A DNA stretch of 64,000 nucleotides, taken from contig ADNK01000004.1 of assembly GCA_000320545.1 (NCBI GenBank), positions 1 through 64,000 on the forward strand. Reading direction: 5' to 3'. The notes under the pieces are model-generated. The model was not told the DNA's origin. It searched no databases and was given only the letters and a program-made list of their open reading frames with translations. The stretch comes from Bigelowiella natans CCMP2755. Lineage: Eukaryota; Protista; Cercozoa. Numbering within the stretch: position 1 is the stretch's first letter; the number at the start of each line of letters is the position of its first letter. The position numbers were made by a program, and so were the translations under genes. Of the stretch, positions 61,949 to 64,000 are shown one piece after another.

Positions 61949-62698
61949 CTAGAGCTCGTGCTGCTGTTTCTAAGGGGGGAGGTCCTCCATATATGTCCGT
62001 CCATCGCTTATGTACGACTGACGAACTGGTAACCTTTCATGACAAATCATACGGCTTTACCTGTGTAAAAGTAAATATAGGCGGAAAATGTACTCAACTG
62101 CCAACCAATCGTACTCGCCGAGATCTTCGCCGTTCCTGCCTATAAGAGACCACGACTGCGGTAGGTAGGGTACCGTAAGAACTTTGATGCTTAAAAACAA
62201 CCTGATCACTCAATCAACCTTAGTTTTGTCCGAGAACTTGAAGTCTTTAACCATAGTTCGGAATCGGCATTTGAATTGTTCATCCTCTAAGCCATTAATC
62301 AATCCTTCGCAGAGCGAGGACATGGCAGGGGCCCCCCTGTAGAACATGGTTGGCGATGATGTTGGCATGGTAAGCTTCCCGCTGTTCGCATCGAAGCTCC
62401 CAGTTATCATGTCCTTCCAGGGTGCAACATGTCCTGTTGCTTCCATTTCGGATATCATGTTTTTAAATTCCTTCGAAAGTGCATCGAACGCTGGTGCTCC
62501 ATGGTTAATCGCTAGCCCTTCGAGCTTGGAATCTGAGGATCTTCTCGTGGCTGTGCGACCCCCAAGACCTCTTCCCATTTCAAATAGCGTTGTCTTGATC
62601 GCTGGCGTTCCCGACCCTTTCGAAAGGAGGGAAAGTGTTCGGGCCAGCGAGCAGCCTGCAACGCCGCCACCGACTATCCCCACACGTGTGGCCGCCAT
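60926..62698 (-). CDS. Renalase-like FAD/NAD(P)-dependent oxidoreductase, multi-exon
   Basis: N-terminal VGIVGGGVAG Rossmann motif, FEMGRGLGGRTATRR and NHGAPAF; C-terminal HRWGAAFP...AGDF...GRIETSYLSG. Confidence 0.87.
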
Positions 62699-62907
62699 TT
62701 GGTGTCTGGTCGTAAACAGACCGGTGATTTTTAGTCTAAAAAGATCTGAAATAATCGATGAAAAGCGCATGTCGCAATAATGAAATAGCCTCGATTTAGG
62801 GCCATGATAGCGGCCTCAGCGCCTCCTATGGTGCTCACAGAATCCGCGAAAATCCATTCCCCAAAACCCAGTTCGCTACAATTTCGAGTGTGACATAGTC
62901 GGGAGCG

Positions 62908-64000
62908 ATGCAGGCACCCACTCTTTCTCCACAGGAAGTCAAGCAGCCTCGCCTGGCAACTTCAATGGAAATCCCAGACAAGTATTCTTGGGCTGACATC
63001 TATGTTTTTGGAATCGCCTTCATCCTGTTTCCGGGAGTGGTCGTAGTCTTTGTTCTAAACCTGGTCGTGAGCTTGATTCCCAAGTTGCTGATGGCTGTGA
63101 GAAGATCGTATCTCCAGAGACCTCAGAAGATTGTCCCTCGCTCTTATGTTTTTGACAGGTATTGACTTTCGAATCTCATATCCAGTGTGAAAATCACATG
63201 CATGACTGTATTTATACACAGTGTCCTGCTCATCTTCGCCTTGCCAATGATGATTCTAGCCTTGCTGTGGGTTCTAATAGTCCACGTTGTCAACTTCACC
63301 TTGTCGTTTCCCATTGGTGTACTGTACTGGTCAAGAACTACCCAATCATTCGAAGCATTGAGACCATTTAACGGAAGGCTAGGGGATGCAGGAGAGGTGT
63401 ATACACCAACAGATAGACTTGTCGCACAGTACAGCAATGTTTGGGATTACAGGGATGTCGTTGCAAATTTTATTGGAGCCATCGATCGTCAAGGTTTTGG
63501 GGAGTTCTTTCTCGCGACCTCTTTGTTGGTATCCCTGGTCCCTGTAGTCAAGATTGTGATGATGGCCAACCCGAGACTATACAAGCTCGCTCCTATGTTC
63601 GTCAACCAATGGACGAGGCCTATTGATGCCGACAATGATAGAAAGCTTACACGGAAAGATCAAGAGAAGGTGGCTGATTCATTAAAAGAGCAGATTGTGC
63701 ATCATTTGCTAGAGGAACCGAAGGTTGCATATCGTCTTCCATGTTATATACAACTTTGTTGCCCATTCAGTTCGTCCAATGGTGTTCACCGTTTCTTTGT
63801 TTCGCATTTAAACGTCCTTGAATTTAAGAAGCATGTTTAGAGAAGAGCAATTGCGTACACAGACAATGCTTTCCGATAATATATTTTGTTTGCGATATAT
63901 CTACGCCTCCCGTCTGTTGATATGGCGACAAAACATAATTCTAGAGAAAAAAGGAATGATACTATTTGTAGATTATGCTTGTAAAATTTATGCTACACTC
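62908..64000 (+). CDS. Hypothetical membrane protein, probably continuing past the right edge
   Basis: Two hydrophobic ORF segments (62908-~63158 and ~63222-63722) joined by a short GT-AG intron. Confidence 0.6.

Overview
Eukaryotic nuclear DNA: gene-dense, with GT-AG introns and many microsatellites. It looks like a protist or alga, possibly a chlorarachniophyte; that is an impression only. Genes in order: importin-7/8-like (partial, -), RPL13 (+), a DHHC palmitoyltransferase (-), an ArsM/AS3MT-like SAM methyltransferase (+), an intact Ty1/copia LTR retrotransposon (-), a ~21.6-kb gene for a giant single-pass surface protein (-), a TM/coiled-coil/UBA protein (+), several hypothetical genes, VAP (-), a DUF445 protein (+), a PUFA elongase (+) and a renalase-like oxidoreductase (-). 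Main findings: (1) the ArsM-like gene reads through two in-frame TGA codons and has a well-formed type II SECIS-like element in its 3' UTR, so it is probably a selenoprotein. (2) The LTRs and about 1 kb of flanking DNA have lost almost all TpA dinucleotides except in CTA/TAG context while keeping CpG. This suggests an A:T->G:C hypermutation process, the inverse of RIP, and related patches recur between convergent gene ends. (3) The retroelement carries a 2.2-kb non-coding 3' region with a dense hairpin array, and a half-tRNA-Lys-type primer binding site. All exon models and counts were done by eye.
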